Positions 1 to 16,647 of a DNA stretch of 64,000 bases are shown here, piece by piece; position 1 is the stretch's first letter; each line of letters starts with the position of its first letter. Made by a program: the position numbers and the translations under genes. Below the pieces are notes generated by a model. The model did not search any database, was not told where the DNA came from, and worked only from the letters and a program-made list of their open reading frames with translations. Source of the DNA: the human T2T-CHM13v2.0 reference genome, Homo sapiens; assembly GCF_009914755.1 (NCBI RefSeq), contig NC_060927.1. One strand, given 5' to 3'.

Positions 1-188
1 GTATTTTGGGAGGGTCTTTATTTCCTTATGAAGGCTCCTGTGTCATATAAAACGTAGTAACTTAATTTGCATGCTTTTCTCTTGTGAATCTATTTTGTTG
101 TTGTTGATGGTGGTGGTGGTGGTTTTACGGAGCCTTAGCCACGAACCTTGTGACTGGGGAGGAAAAGATATTACTTTTATCTCCTACA
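1..188 (+). mobile_element. 3' part of an ERV1-type LTR (MER34/MER39-like), truncated by the window edge
   Basis: cttatgaaggctcctgtgtcatataaaac...tttgcatgcttttctcttgt...ctcctaca resembles the 3' end of the LTR at 32084-32583 and ends in the LTR terminal CA; contains a (GTT)/(GGT) simple repeat at ~95-122. Confidence 0.65.
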
Positions 189-209
189 GACTAAATCCCA
201 TTTTGTCAC

Positions 210-339
210 AACTGTCCAGGTGACTTTGAGAAAATAACTTCATGATTTATATAATTTTGATATTGCAACTGTAAAATAAGAATACCCATATTTCTCACTT
301 TATAGAGTTGTTGAGAGAATTAATGAAACTAATACATAT
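210..339 (+). mobile_element. MIR fragment
   Basis: gtgactttgagaaaataactt...ctgtaaaataagaata...tatagagttgttgagagaattaatga is a degenerate MIR core. Confidence 0.55.
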
Positions 340-905
340 TGTATTATCTGTCGCTATGTGCCACACATTTAGCAGATTAAAGCAAACCATTTCACTATCA
401 CAGTCTTCGTGGGTCAGGAGTCCATGTATTAATTAATTGGGTCCTCTGCTGAGGACCTCACTAGGCTGTGATCATGGAGTTTGCAGGCTGCATTCTCATT
501 TAGTGGCCCAGTTGAGAAAGAATCTTCTTCCATGTTCACTCGGGTTGTGGTATAATTTATTTTCTTGTGGCTGTATGACTGAGAACTCTGGTTTCTTAAG
601 AGTTTCTCGGCTGACTATTGTTAGGTTGCTCCTACAAACTGCAGTCACCTCCCTGTGATATGGTCTTGCAACATGGCCTCTTTCTCCTCAAATACAGCTA
701 GAGAAAGTCTCTAGACAACAAGAAAGAGGCTTATATCATATCCTGGAATCTTGCAGGTAACATTTCACCACCTTTGACACATTTTATTGTTTAGAAGCAA
801 GGTATAGGTCCTGTTCATACTCAAGAGGTGACAGTTGATTACACACACCCATAAACACCAAGGGATGAGGATGAGGGGGAGTCAGTTTAGCTTCTGTCTG
901 CCGCA
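340..905 (-). mobile_element. MaLR LTR, MLT1F-like
   Basis: Reverse complement starts tgcggcagacag... and contains cttgagtatgaacaggacctataccttgcttctaaacaataaaat, matching MLT1F; the plus strand starts tgtatta (LTR 3' end). Confidence 0.75.
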
Positions 906-949
906 AAACAAATGGAACCATACTTAGGATCCAAATCATATCTAAACCT

Positions 950-1078
950 TACTGAGTATTTGAGATTGAGGGCTCTGAATGGATAGTGTAATGGAATGAG
1001 ACTCTTGGGAACCTTGGGATTGGGTAGATATTTTTTCAAATAAGAAAGATGTTAATTATTTTGTTCCAGATGGAATAC
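950..1078 (+). mobile_element. MLT1 internal-region 3' remnant abutting the LTR
   Basis: gtaatggaatgagactcttgggaaccttgggattgggtagatattttt resembles the MaLR-internal 3' end and lies directly upstream of the LTR start TGT. Confidence 0.55.
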
Positions 1079-2040
1079 TGTAATAGACAGACTCAAAGGT
1101 GGCCCTTTCATGATTCCCAACTCTTGGTGTTAAAACTTTGGTGGACTCCCCTCTCCTTGAGTGTGACAAAGATTTGTGACTTGTTTCTATGCAATATACT
1201 GTGTTGAAAGTGAAGAGATGTCAGTTCCATAATTAAACTACATACCTAAAACTCTGTCTTTCTAGCTGGCTTGTAGACAGCCTCCTTGCTGGTTTGATGT
1301 AAGAAGCTGTGTTAAGAAACCTACATGGCATGTGTTAGTCTGTTTTCATGCTGCTGATAAAGAGATAGCTGAGACTGGGCAATTTACAAAAGAAAGAGGT
1401 TTAATAGAGAACTCATAGTTTCACGTGGCTGGGGAAACCTCACAATCATGGTGGAAGGCAAGGAGGAGAAAGGCACATCGTATGTGGATGGTGGCAGGCA
1501 AAGTGAGAGCTTGTGCAGGCAAACTCCTGTTTTTAAGCCATCAGATGTTATGAGACTTATTCACTATCATGAGAACAGCACAGGAAAGACCTGCCCCTGT
1601 GATTCAATTATCTCCTAGTGGGTCTCCCCCACAACACGTGGGAATTATGGGAGCTACAAGATGAGATTTGGGTAGGGACATGGGGCGAAACCATATCAGC
1701 ATGCAACTGCAAGTGGTCTCTGTGGCTGGCCTGTAGAGGCCAAAGGTGACCTGCAGGCAACAGCCAACAAGAAGTCAAGGCCTTCAGTTCTACAACCTTA
1801 AAGATATCAATTTTGCCAACAAATTGTGTGATCCTGAGAATGGATTCATCTCCAGTGGAGGTGCTCAATGAGAACATAGCCAGGCCAATACCTTGTTTGC
1901 TTCCTGTGGGATCCTAAGCATAGGACCCAGTTCAGCCATAGTGAATGCCTGAGCCACAGAAACATTCACATAATAAATACATGCTATTTTAAGCTGCTAA
2001 ATTTGTGGTAATTTGTTACATATCAAGAAACAAGAGTTAT
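1079..2040 (+). mobile_element. MaLR LTR, MLT1F-like, interrupted by THE1B
   Basis: tgtaatagacagactcaaaggtggccc...ctccttgagtgtg; after the insert it continues ggacccagttcagcc...ccacagaaac...ttttaagctgctaaatttgtggtaatttgttac. Confidence 0.8.
1333..1698 (-). mobile_element. THE1B-like solo LTR
   Basis: tgttagtctgttttcatgctgctgataaa...gagatttgggtagggaca...aaaccatatca; 5-bp TSD GCATG at 1328-1332 and 1699-1703. Confidence 0.9.
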
Positions 2041-2114
2041 ATATGAAATATTTAAAAAGCAACATATTCATATTAAGAATTCAATGAATATTAGCTCTTG
2101 ATACTTGGTTTCAC

Positions 2115-2412
2115 AGAGGCAATATAATAGCAGGGTTCACAGAGAGAATATTCTAGAGACAGATCCTGGTTTAAAAATCTGGCTGTATCAGTTACTGGTC
2201 ATTAAAGAATGGATGGGTAACTTTTCTAAACCTTTAGTTTCCTTCTGTATAATGGAAATTAGAGCACTATGTATAATGGTAATTAAAGCAACATGGAGCT
2301 GAACATGAGGAGCAGATTAGTTAATCATATAAATCACTATATATATATATAAATCACTAGAACAATGTTGTATGCATAAAAATGTCATGCATATTAGAAA
2401 TATTACTATTAT
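2115..2412 (+). mobile_element. MIR
   Basis: gaggcaatataatagcagggtt...ctagagacagatcctggtttaaaaatctggct...aacctttagtttccttctgtataatgg. Confidence 0.7.
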
Positions 2413-3029
2413 ATCGATAAGCATTTACTATAGCCACTAAAGTAAGACTCCTTTTAGTCTGTCACTTTCTTATCTTTTCAAATAGATAAAATATTTGATA
2501 AGGCTATTTAAAATTTGTAACTTTAGAAACTTTAAAGAAATAATTTGTAGACACTTTAAAGAATACTAGGAGTACTTATTGAACATTATCAGAGAGTTAA
2601 AAATCTTCAATTCCTCTTTTAGATAGAAATTCCTTAGAAATTTTAGAATTCATTAGGAATTTGCAAATAAGAAAATCTTACATTTTCAATATCTTAGTAG
2701 GAGTTTCTTTGACTTCACTGTAGTAGTTTGATAATGTTACAAAAAGGCATTTAATTTCCAGTACATGGAAGAAATTGGTAGAAATTATACCACAAAGGAG
2801 CACGGATTGCCAGCAATTATAGTTTTTTGAGAGGGCCACTGCTTAGTTCTAATGTGAGGAATCTTAAAACTGCTGCTGAATTCCAGGCAACCAACTGCTT
2901 TGATGATCATATTTGATACTATTTAACACACCTCTGTATATTTTGTTCCATGCTCTTTTATAAAACACTTAAAGTGTCACAAAATGGACACTTAATGAAT
3001 ACTATGGAAAAAGGTAATTAATTTTTTTC

Positions 3030-3560
3030 TTTTTTTAATTACGCAAATAATGCGTGAAAATATTCTCATACAGAATATTAAAATCATATGGATATATAGT
3101 CAATACAGTTGGACTTTCATTTCCCCTTAATCCCACAAATTACACTTCCTCTAATTAACAATCAGTAACATTTTGATATGATACTTAAACATTTTCTAGG
3201 CAGGTATGTGTTTGTATGTGTGTGAATATTGAATGCTTTTTATTTCATAAATAGAAGAGTAGAGAAATGCTTAAGTTATAAAAAGTTCTTGCATTTTGAA
3301 ACAACGTGTCTTTGATTTTATTTTATATTAGTTGTTTTATAGCTCCCTCATTTCTTTATGATTTTACATAGCATTCCATATTATAGGTATGTAATGATTT
3401 TTGAGTATCTACTAATTGACATTTAGGTTATTTCAAGTATTCTCTTACTTAAATACTTGGTGGTAATGACTATCATTTTTCAAATATGTCAGGGAACAAT
3501 TACATTATTTACTGTGAGAAGTATTAAAGTTGTGAACAATTTTACTTGAAGATATGTGTA
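3030..3560 (-). mobile_element. Ancient L1M(E) 3' fragment
   Basis: catagcattccatattataggtatg...ttgacatttaggttatttcaa is typical old L1 antisense sequence. Confidence 0.5.
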
Positions 3561-4009
3561 TATGTTTAAGTATAAAAACTAAATTTTTTAAATGTTCAAA
3601 TGTAATGTTTTTCTCTTCTGTGTGTTAATTTAACTCAATTTAACAAGTAATATATTCAATCAGATAGTGTTTAAATCATCTTTTGAATTTCAGTTTGTTC
3701 TCCTTTTCCTAGGATAAGAGTTGCAGCCCTGAATCAGTGTAGTGCAGAGACAGCAAATGGGAGAGTGAGAACAAAATTGCATTTGTACCCCTTTGACTTC
3801 TACAAATGTGAGAAAAAGGAAAAAAAGAAAGAATCAGGATGACAAATATATTTTTCTCACATAGACTACAGGCTTTATGAGAACAATCCATTAGTAAAGG
3901 AAGGTAACAGATATGCAGGACATCAAGAGGAACAGTGCTGGATCCAATGTTCTTGAGTTTAATGACATGGGATCTGAAGCACGTCACATGTCATGTTGGG
4001 AAAAAATAG

Positions 4010-4383
4010 TGAATCAGCTCAGCATAGATTATGCTTCCAATAACCCCCAAATTTCCATTGCTTAAAATGAAAAATAGTTTATTTCTTGCATATGCTACGT
4101 GCTCATCACTAGTTAGCTAGTGATGGTCCTCACACTGTGACCTAGGATCACAGAGCAGCCATTGTAGAAAACATTACCTCTCTCCAAATAACAAGGAAAG
4201 AGATATCTGAGTATCTCCACTGTCATTGTCTAGAAGTGACACTTATCATTTTCATTCTTAGCTCATTGGCCAGAGCTAAGTTTATAAATTCACCCAACTC
4301 TAATGGAGCACGCAATGCTACCATGTACCAAGGTGAAGCAATAACATGAGTCTTTGGAAAATAGTACTAGTGACTACGAGACA
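4010..4383 (-). mobile_element. Old MaLR LTR (MLT1K/L-like)
   Basis: aacccccaaatttccattgcttaaa...tttatttcttgc...ctagaagtgacacttatcattt...ctcattggccagagctaag. Confidence 0.65.
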
Positions 4384-4399
4384 GTCATTTCTTTAACAG

Positions 4400-5570
4400 G
4401 AAGAATGTCAAAGAACAAATAAACTTACTCATACTTGCTAATGAAAATTTTCTGATTACTTCATGAGAAAGAATTATCATCTGAGTGAAGAAGTGGTATG
4501 AGTTACTGGATGGGAAAGGAAAATACATAAAATGGAACTGAAAAGTGAGGTACATGAACTAGAGAAGTGATTATAGTTTTGATTGTTGGTCAACATAAAG
4601 TGTCTACTTCCTGTAAGGAGTCATAAATTAAATGGGAGCCAATTAGCTGGACTGGGTGTTTTTCATCCAAGCATATTCAGCTGGTGCAAAGATGATGACA
4701 GTCATATTTAACAAAGTTTACACTTTTTTTCCCAAGAGAGTGTGTCTAAGGAAGAATGAGGCAAAGGAATTGAGAGTGTTGTATTATAATGACATAGCAT
4801 AGAAAACAACCTAGATAAAGCAGTAAGAAATGACATGAGGGTGAGTGGCTATTTAAAAAGTAATATTGAAGAATCTCTAGGAGGTGGGGGGTCAAAGAAT
4901 GTATGGAGTTTAAATGCCAGATGAAGTGAAATGGAAATGGTAGAAATGGTGGTCAGAGAGTGAGATGCTGGAAGTTGAGGTTGTTGAAGAAGTGTTTATT
5001 GATAATGACTGGAACATAGTGATTGAGTGCAGCACAAGGAAGATCTTTGGAAAAAATGAGTTCAAGAAATCAAGAGAACGGTGTATTAGAACAATCCCTT
5101 ACATGGATACCAAATCACCTTGTGTAGTTTAGAAGAGATTAACATTGAGTAGGAGCTGATATTTAAGTTTAGAAGAGACTAACATTATGTAGGAGCTGAT
5201 ATTTTGATAGATAACGATGAAGGAGTGGTAGCTGTATGAAAACATGTGATTCAAAGATTTGGGTAGGAACGGCTTTATGGCTTTAAAAATTCCAAAGAAT
5301 GGAATGGAGGATGCCTCCACTATTTCCAAGCTCTGGGATATGAGAGTTACAGAGCAGAAAGCAGGAACAGCCTATTATAATGTCTTCAGGGAAAATCCAG
5401 ATTTTGGCCCTAACTAGAAAATATAAAGAGCTTTCAGAGAAGCAGTTGAGTATATAGAGAATATTAAGGATAATGGGCAGTAAGTGCCAGAGGCCATTGG
5501 GAAAGGAATCCAGAAGTAGGAAATGAGTGGGGGATAGGATCAGAATAGAAAAATGTGAGTTATTTGGAAT
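4400..5570 (-). mobile_element. L2 body fragment (also ~3700-3990)
   Basis: Long purine-rich tract with L2-like words (ggtggtcagagagtgagatgctggaagttgagg); highly diverged. Confidence 0.45.
5126..5204. repeat. 40-bp tandem duplication (2 copies)
   Basis: agtttagaagagattaacattgagtaggagctgatattt / agtttagaagagactaacattatgtaggagctgatattt. Confidence 0.9.
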
Positions 5571-7479
5571 GTAAAGTGTGAAAAATATGAATATGAAATC
5601 TGAGTGTTACCTTGTATTGTGGTGATATAATATATAATCAAATTTGTTCTGATGATCTTGTGGTAGATAGTAGAGGGAAGGTTTGGGGAACAAGGAAAAT
5701 GCATGTTTAGATCTCAAACTCCTTCCCAAGGAGATGTGGAATCCTGGAGATTTGGTAGGCCTATTCTGGGGCACTGGGCTTCCCCTTGGCTCTTTCAAAT
5801 ACTTACAAGTAGACTTTTGTAGGGATAGTGTCATTCACAGACAACAAAACAGACAATGGTTATCATTCAGAAAAATCATAAAAATAGTTCATCAGAAACA
5901 GTACGTAATATTAGACGTATTTTTATTTATGTTTGTATGCTTGCTGAAAGTAAAACATCAATCGTTTATCATATTATTTCATTGTTACTGCTTATATACA
6001 TCACTTTCATCCTAACATTATTTTAAAATTCAAACTTAGGGGCTTTAATTTAGCAGAACATAGATCAATCAAGCAAAATGTAATTTTCTTCTTTAAAGTA
6101 AATCCCTGCCTCAGGCATTGAATATTTTGTTAGAGTTTCTATCCAATAAATACAAAAATTAATACTATATCTTCAATTAAGCAGACAAATTCCTAAAGGG
6201 CATATAGAATAAATAATACCCATTTTCAGAAAGTTATTTCCTATGGAAGAAACATAATTCTTATACTCTAATAATTAGCATTTTAGCTCAAAATTTGGCA
6301 TAATTCATATACTTTCTGAAAATCAAAAAATGTTAAAAAGCCTTTGAGAAAGACCTGTGGCTGCGTAATATGAAACATAAATAACATCTTATGACTTCCA
6401 AAAAAAGCAAAGGAATTTCTCCAATTTCTGTTCTTACTAATTTTAACCTGTCTGGCTAATTAACCAATAAATTGCTTGAAGAAAGTAAGCGTTAATAAAA
6501 ACAAATTATGGACACCACTCTGCCAGAGAGACTCCTAAAATCATATATCAGATGCATGTATCAATAGTCAATCTTGGAAAAATGGATTTTTAAAAAATAG
6601 AATATTCTCATTACTTCTAATGTCTACTTGTCAATTTAAGAAAAGTACTTTCCCCAGAGAAGGTCTCCTGATTTATACATACACATGTACACACAAACTA
6701 CACACACTACAAAGTAAACAAGATGGTTATAGTAGATGGCTCTAAATAATAGAGAAGAAAAATAGAACTTCCTCATTACAGAATTGCCCTTACTTGGGCA
6801 TAACCGCATGTTTTACATTTCTTTCATTTTTTAGGTATTAAATAATATTGAGGATCACTTCAAAATGTTCATGAAGTTAGCCAGTAGAAGAGGTGGAAAG
6901 AAAACCAAGTCATCTAAGTTCAGAGTGGCTTCAAATTATTGCTGTGTGGGTCTTGAAGGAAGTGAAACAATGAATTAAAAATCAAATTTATGATCTCATT
7001 CAGAACATGTATAAATGTAAAAGACATATATAGGATATAGCAATAGTTTTAGAAGTATTTTAAATCATATCAGTCCTAGTCTAAAACAATATCTTGTAGT
7101 ATTATCTGATTTATTTTTGTCTACTGATTTAACATGAAAGCAAAATTTAATATATTTGATTTTTTTCTATCTTTGGTAAACCCTGCAAACCCCTGCATTT
7201 CAAGTGGAAAAAACAATAGTTTAATGTCTCCAAATTTAAAGTGAATTTTGTTTGTTATTCATGTGAGAATTAAGATAATTCAGTGTTTTTCCAGTCCCTG
7301 ATCCTTTCCCTCTTCCTCTCTCTGTCATGCGATAAGATGCCAACATAATAAGTATATAACTCTAAACATGTGTTTGATTATCCTTTATTTTATAAAATTG
7401 CAAACAAATTCATGTAACAAAATTTTAACTCTAGTAATTTGAATGTGGAAAATTGAGATCAACTACATGTGAATCAGAA

Positions 7480-8350
7480 GATTATTTCAAGATATACCTA
7501 ACATAATTATTTTAAAGTTTACAATTTATATCAGGCAATTTTAGTATATTCACAAAGCTATGTAACCATCACCTTGATCTACTTTCAAAACATGTTTATC
7601 ACTACAAACAAACAAACAAACAAACATGCCCATTAGCAGTCACTCCCTATTTCCCCTCATCTCCAGCTCCTGGCAATCACTAATCTACTTTCTGTCTCTA
7701 TGGATGTGCCTATTCTGGGCATTTCATATAAATGGAATTATACAATATCTGGCTTTATATATTGCCCTTCTTTCACTTAGCATGGTTTCAAGATTCATCC
7801 ATGTTGCAGCATATATCAGCCCTTCATTCCTTTTTTTTGACTGAATAATATTTCATTGTTTGGATATACTGTATACTGTGTATCTATTCATAAGATGATA
7901 TACATTTAGGTTATTTCTAATATATTTTAATTATGAATAATACTCTTATGAATATTCCCGTACACGTTTTTGAGTGGACACATGCTTTCAATTATGTTGG
8001 GTATATATTTAGAGTGGAATTGTTAGGTCTTATGGTAACTTCATGTTTAACAAATTGAGGAATTGCCAAAATGTTCTCCAAAGTGTTTGCGCCATTTTAG
8101 ATTCTCACCAGCAATATATGAGGACTCCAGTTTCTTCAGATCTTCACCAATACATGTTATGGTCCATTTTTAAAATTATAGCCAAACTTATGCACTTTAA
8201 GCTGTATCTTATTGTGGCTTTGATAAGCACTTCCCTAATGATTAAAGATGTTCAGCATCTTTTCAAATGTACATTGAGCATTGTCAGCACTTCTTTTTGG
8301 AGAAATATCTATTAAAACCCTTTGCCCAGTTTTATTGGGTTATTTTCCCT
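7480..8350 (-). mobile_element. L1MB-type 3' end
   Basis: ttttagtatattcacaaagctatgtaaccatcacc...cccattagcagtcactccc...ctcctggcaatcactaatctactttctgtctctatggat; (AAAC)n at ~7605-7625. Confidence 0.8.
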
Positions 8351-8562
8351 TACATAAACATAATATACATAAACATATACACATAAATAACTTTCAGTTA
8401 TTTTGCTTTTTTGATTTCTGGATTTCCTTATGATTCTTTCCTACATTTCTTTTTCTTTACCTATATTCTCTAGTTAGTGAGACATATTTTCCCACTTAAC
8501 TTTTGTTTTTTACAGGTGGTTTCCTTTTAGTTCTTTTAATATATTTAAAATAGCTGATTTAA

Positions 8563-9000
<438 letters not shown>

Positions 9001-9790
9001 ACTCCAGGCATTTTAAGTAGTATAATGTGGCAACTCTGGAAATCAGACCTCCACCTAACAGCCTTCCCAGAGTTTGACATTGTTGCTCTTTTTTATTGTT
9101 TTGTGGTAGTTTCCGTTTATTTGTATAGTGACTTTCTAAACCAATTGTGTAAAAAATATGTATTCTTTGTTGTGTATGATTTTTGAAGTCTCTACTCAAT
9201 TCACTTAATGATCAGCTAAAGATTGGCAGAAATTTCCTTAATGCCATGTATCAGTAAATCTACCAGCCTTTTCTGAGGGCCTCTGTGTGCATGTTGGGAA
9301 ACACTTCCTGCTTGTGCAGGGTTCAAGGCCAGCCAGGGGTGAAAGCTTATGTAACTCTCAGGTCTTTTGTAGGCATGTGCACAGCTCTGAAGATGAGCAT
9401 GGCCTTCTAAATTTGTTCTGAGTTCAGGAATATGTGGAAGTTTTTTAAAGGCCTTTATGGACATCTGAAAAACCCAGCTTTTGCTTTTAAGTGTTTTGTC
9501 AGCCCATTTGTTCCAATGGCTATCACTGCCTAGGCACATGTGATGACTTTGCCTTTGATTATTGCACAACGTCCTGGGATAAAGCAAATAATGATAAGCA
9601 TATGGGTGCAGGTTTCCAGAAAACTGCCAAACAGGGCAGTTAATGAAAGTTCTCTGAGAATGGGTCTTTGGCAAGTTACAAACCCATTGTGCACGCTCCA
9701 GTGGCTACAAGTCTTCCACAGTGACTGATTTGTCTGTTGGTTTTCAAGGTTACACTCAAGCTTGGTAAAGAGGGATGGAAATAAGGCTAC

Positions 9791-12416
<2,626 letters not shown>

Positions 12417-14152
12417 TCACACAGCTTTTTCTTTCTGACATTCAGCCATTGCTCTTAAACACTATTCCAGTTTTTGCAAGACTTTGATTAATATTCAGAG
12501 TTCTGAAAATTATTACTTTGACTATTTTTTGCCAATATTCTAATAATTTCTATTGAAACAGTGGATTTTTGAAGTCCTTCTTCCACCATTCCCACTGACA
12601 TTTGTTTCCTAAGCACCCATTTATAAGCAATGTAATGTTGGTTGCATATTAATTATACTTTCGCATGTTATTTTTAAGTTTACCAAACAGCAACTCTATT
12701 TTACAATTTATAAGAACTAGAATTTTATTTGGATTAATTTAATTCAAATCAAAACTATCGCCTGTTTTGTTGGGACTGACAGAAGTTTTATTAAAAAAAA
12801 TTCTCCCAGAGTCCTAAAATTCAATGGTTATTTCTATTTACTTCTATTTCTAACTTCTTATATTTTGCATTTGATTTTGGTACATCTGGAAATAATTGTT
12901 GTAAAATACACATGCATGCACATGTAAAAGACAAAAACTAACCAAATTATCTACAATTTATCGACATGTATTATATTATTCTTAAATTTCCCCATTATTT
13001 TGTGATGTCTTCTCTGTTTTATAATTATTAGACTTTTTTCTCAGCTAGCTATTCTATTTAACATTGTCAAGTTTCAATTTCCCCATTATATCTTTAACTT
13101 ACTGAACACACATTTTTTATATATAGTCATCGAAAAATTGGATTAACTTGTAATAAATTAATAATCAGTAGATGAAACCTGGAAAAAAACCTCAAAAACA
13201 CTAAGCTTAATACAGGATATCAAACCTTTGATTTTAAAGTACATGTAATTAACTACTCACTTTTAAGTAATTTTAAAATTAACAAATGTTCCTGAAAACT
13301 TGATTTAAAATTGTAGATGGTGTGAAAATCTGTTTTATTGTGAAATAATTAGACGCGATGACTTATTGAGAAATCTGAGGCTTTGGAACCTTAGAAACAA
13401 ACGCTGGGTGCCAAAATACATCTTATGTTTTATAATATTGGGTATATCTTTATTCCTGATTGTTTCTTCATCATTACATTTAAGATTTATAATCATATGA
13501 ATAATTTTGCTATACGAGGCTGCTTTAAGAATTAAGTGAGATATATGGTACATCTGTAGGAGCACACTAGCTGTTAATCACCATCCCCTTTTCCTTATGA
13601 GGCAAATAAAACAGATCAGGAAGAGAGCCAATTGCAACAGGAGGAAATCAACTAATAAGGAAAAACAGCTGAGACTAAAATTAGTTAAATAGTTATTCCT
13701 GGAAACTATCTTGCTTTTTCCATCTATAATTCTATTTAATTTTAGCAATATATTAGCAATATGCTAATACTTTCCCCAGTATAGTGTTATCCTTACTTTT
13801 ATGGAGTTATAAAGTCTGGGTTCATGTTTTCCTGGTTGAAAACACATCTTGGTAGCAAAATGTCTACACAGAAATAACAAATATTGAGAAGAAAATATTT
13901 CAAAATAAAATTTCAAACCTAAAATCTTATTAAGAATTGATTATAGGACAGTGTATAAGTTAAAAGTAGTTCTTACTTATAAAATTGTTTTCTTCAGCTG
14001 TAAATCAGTGAAGTGATTAATCAAGATCCTCCTAAATCAAATTGATTTAAATAATTAATTTCACCTGCAGTTAATCAATAGTTTATTTGTATCCTGGCAC
14101 AGTTGTGATACTGTCTTTCTTTTCCTATCATTTCCAAATATCTTTACAAAAG

Positions 14153-14678
14153 TATTAGGAAAAGTAATGCACCGCTCCCCCCACCCCAAAAATATCTGTG
14201 TCCTCATCCATAGAACCTTGTAAATATACTACCTCATATGGAAAAAAAGATTTCCAGATGTGATTAAGGTTAGGGACACTGAGATGTGTGGTTTTCCTGG
14301 ATTGTCCAGATGGGCCTAATCTAATCACACAAATCCTAAAAAGCAAAGAACCTTTCCTGGCTGTGGTTAGAGAGAGATGTGAAGAGTGATGAGAGGACAA
14401 GAGAACAGGCAGTGTGAGAAGGACTCAGCTTGCTCTGGAGGTCTTTGAACATAGAGGAACAGACTGCTAGAAGTGGGAAAAGGCAAAAACAAAACAAAAT
14501 ACCAAAATCCAAACCAGATTCTCCCCTAGAGCCCACAGATAAGAACACAGACTTATGGACACCATGCTCTTAGTTCAGTGAAATTGTGTTAGATGTCCAA
14601 CCTACAGAATGGTGAGATTCTAAACTTACTTGCCTTAAGTTGTTAAATTAGTTACAGTGGCAATAGAAAACTAATATA
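14153..14678 (+). mobile_element. MLT1D LTR
   Basis: cagatgtgattaaggttagggacactgagatg...gggcctaatctaatcaca...gattctcccctagagcc...gcaatagaaaactaatata. Confidence 0.8.
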
Positions 14679-14964
14679 AATAAACTTTTTCCATTAGTCA
14701 TGTTTTATCCTGTAATCCCACATTTCCCAGTACTAGAACCATTATACTGACTGCCAGCTGTGGAGCACTTTTTACCTCAGTGTCCCTACAATGATTCACT
14801 TATTCACTTAATGAATATTATCCAAATTGGACAGATCTCAGGTGCTCCATCTCTTAACATAATTTGTCATCTTTTCCAAAATATCCCAAGTACATATCCT
14901 TGTGTGAGTTCTAAAGTAAAATATCAAAAACTAAGGTAGCATTGGGTAGTAACTCTTAAAAAAA

Positions 14965-15150
14965 TAGCTACTATTTCTAGGCTGTCTACTATGTTCCAGG
15001 CACTTTACATATATAATTTATTCTTTTCATGGTAAATTTCAAGATACATATTCTTATAAACATCTTTAAGGTTCAGAAACTGTGGCTTTAACAGAAATAA
15101 TTTGCCAGTAAGAATCAAGTGCAGGATATAAACCCAGGTCTGGAAATCCC
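14965..15150 (-). mobile_element. MIR
   Basis: ctactatgttccaggcactttacatat...cagaaactgtggcttaacaga...aacccaggtctg. Confidence 0.65.
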
Positions 15151-16647
15151 TAACACACGTAAGAACAAGTCCCTGTATTTTATAACATTTTTGCATTAAT
15201 GAGATGGTTTCTTTACCCAAATAATAGCCACCTAGCAGTGACATTTCTAATGCCAGATATTTACAGCTATAGAACAGGATATCAGAGGAATTGGTACCAT
15301 CCTCTGCCCCTTCCCAAAATCACTACTTACTATCTCAATATTCCAGGTCCCCAAAGAAGAAAAAGCAAGAAGACTAACTCTTCAAAATTTATGAGAGAAA
15401 CAATAGTATGTGACAATAGTAGATAAGGTGTAAAATATTATTCTTTACATAATAGAGTATATGCATTATATAGAATATGTAGTTATCTGTATCTATATAA
15501 TATATATAAATATATATGTTTAGCCATGAGATATAACTCAAGCATTGAACAATGCATTACTACTATTTCAGATAATAAATGTCAAGGAAGGGAAATTAGT
15601 TTTCTCAGCACAAATCAAACCATAAAATTAATTGACTTGTTTTCTATTCTTAAGACCGACTGTGCATCCAATATACATGTAAGTATTTGGGAATTTTTTT
15701 TATTTCTTATGTTAACCAGCTTCTTGCTAATTTTATCAGCATAAGCTTGTTAGCAAGTTCTTTTTTAATAACTAGCACAAAGTTAATTTCTAGCCAAGAA
15801 TTCTTAACATTGTCATTATTTCTACGTAATAGAAGTTCAAATTGTAATATTCTGCTGTATGTTTAAAATTACTTTCTACGAACCTGGTGTTGCTGTTTCA
15901 GTCATAGATGATTCATGTGTTCTTTTGATTTCTCATTCATGAAGCACATTTTTGGCTTAGTTTTGTATTAGACAGCACAATTGTTTTGAATTTTGCCTTT
16001 ATCAAGTGTATCTTCCAGTGTGAGAAACAGACATAATTTTTATAGAGGAAGTACAAGGTATATTTTTTAAAGTCAGAGAAAACCTTCTGGTAGACAGAAC
16101 TATAAAGCTGATGATTGAAGGAAGGGTAGGGATTATCCAGAAGAAAAGGAGGTTGAGGAGAGGAAATATTGTTGGCATAAAGAGAAAGAACAGCAAGAGA
16201 GAAGGTGGAATGTTTAGAAGAAATAAAAGTAACTATACTTTTAGAACAAATGCAAAGCAGGAAGTATCCATAGGCAAAGCTGGAGAGTTAAGTATAGATT
16301 ATAATGTAACAGGCTTTATAGGACCATGTTTATCTTGACAGCATGGAGGCACCATAATAATAAAGAAAGCTGAGAATAAAGTAATCAGATTTGTTCTTCT
16401 GCCCTAGCTTAGAGTTAGAGAAAGATTTCAATGAAACTAGTTAGGATACTTACATGCATATCCAAGAGGACAGTAGGGTGATTAGTGTCTTCAGACAGGA
16501 GCAAGTAGAAGGAAACTTAAGCACCAGAGAAACTCTTGAAAGCATTGATCCATTCAAAGACCCCATTGTGACTATTCTCTCAGCTAGATTCCAAAAGAAA
16601 GACACAGGAAGACAAGTCCTGCAGGATCTCACGGATAGTGGGTTCTA

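Noticed and set aside
5607-6015. 110-aa and 75-aa overlapping ORFs in unique sequence
   Set aside because: No recognisable domain, and lengths are within chance expectation for six frames of 64 kb.
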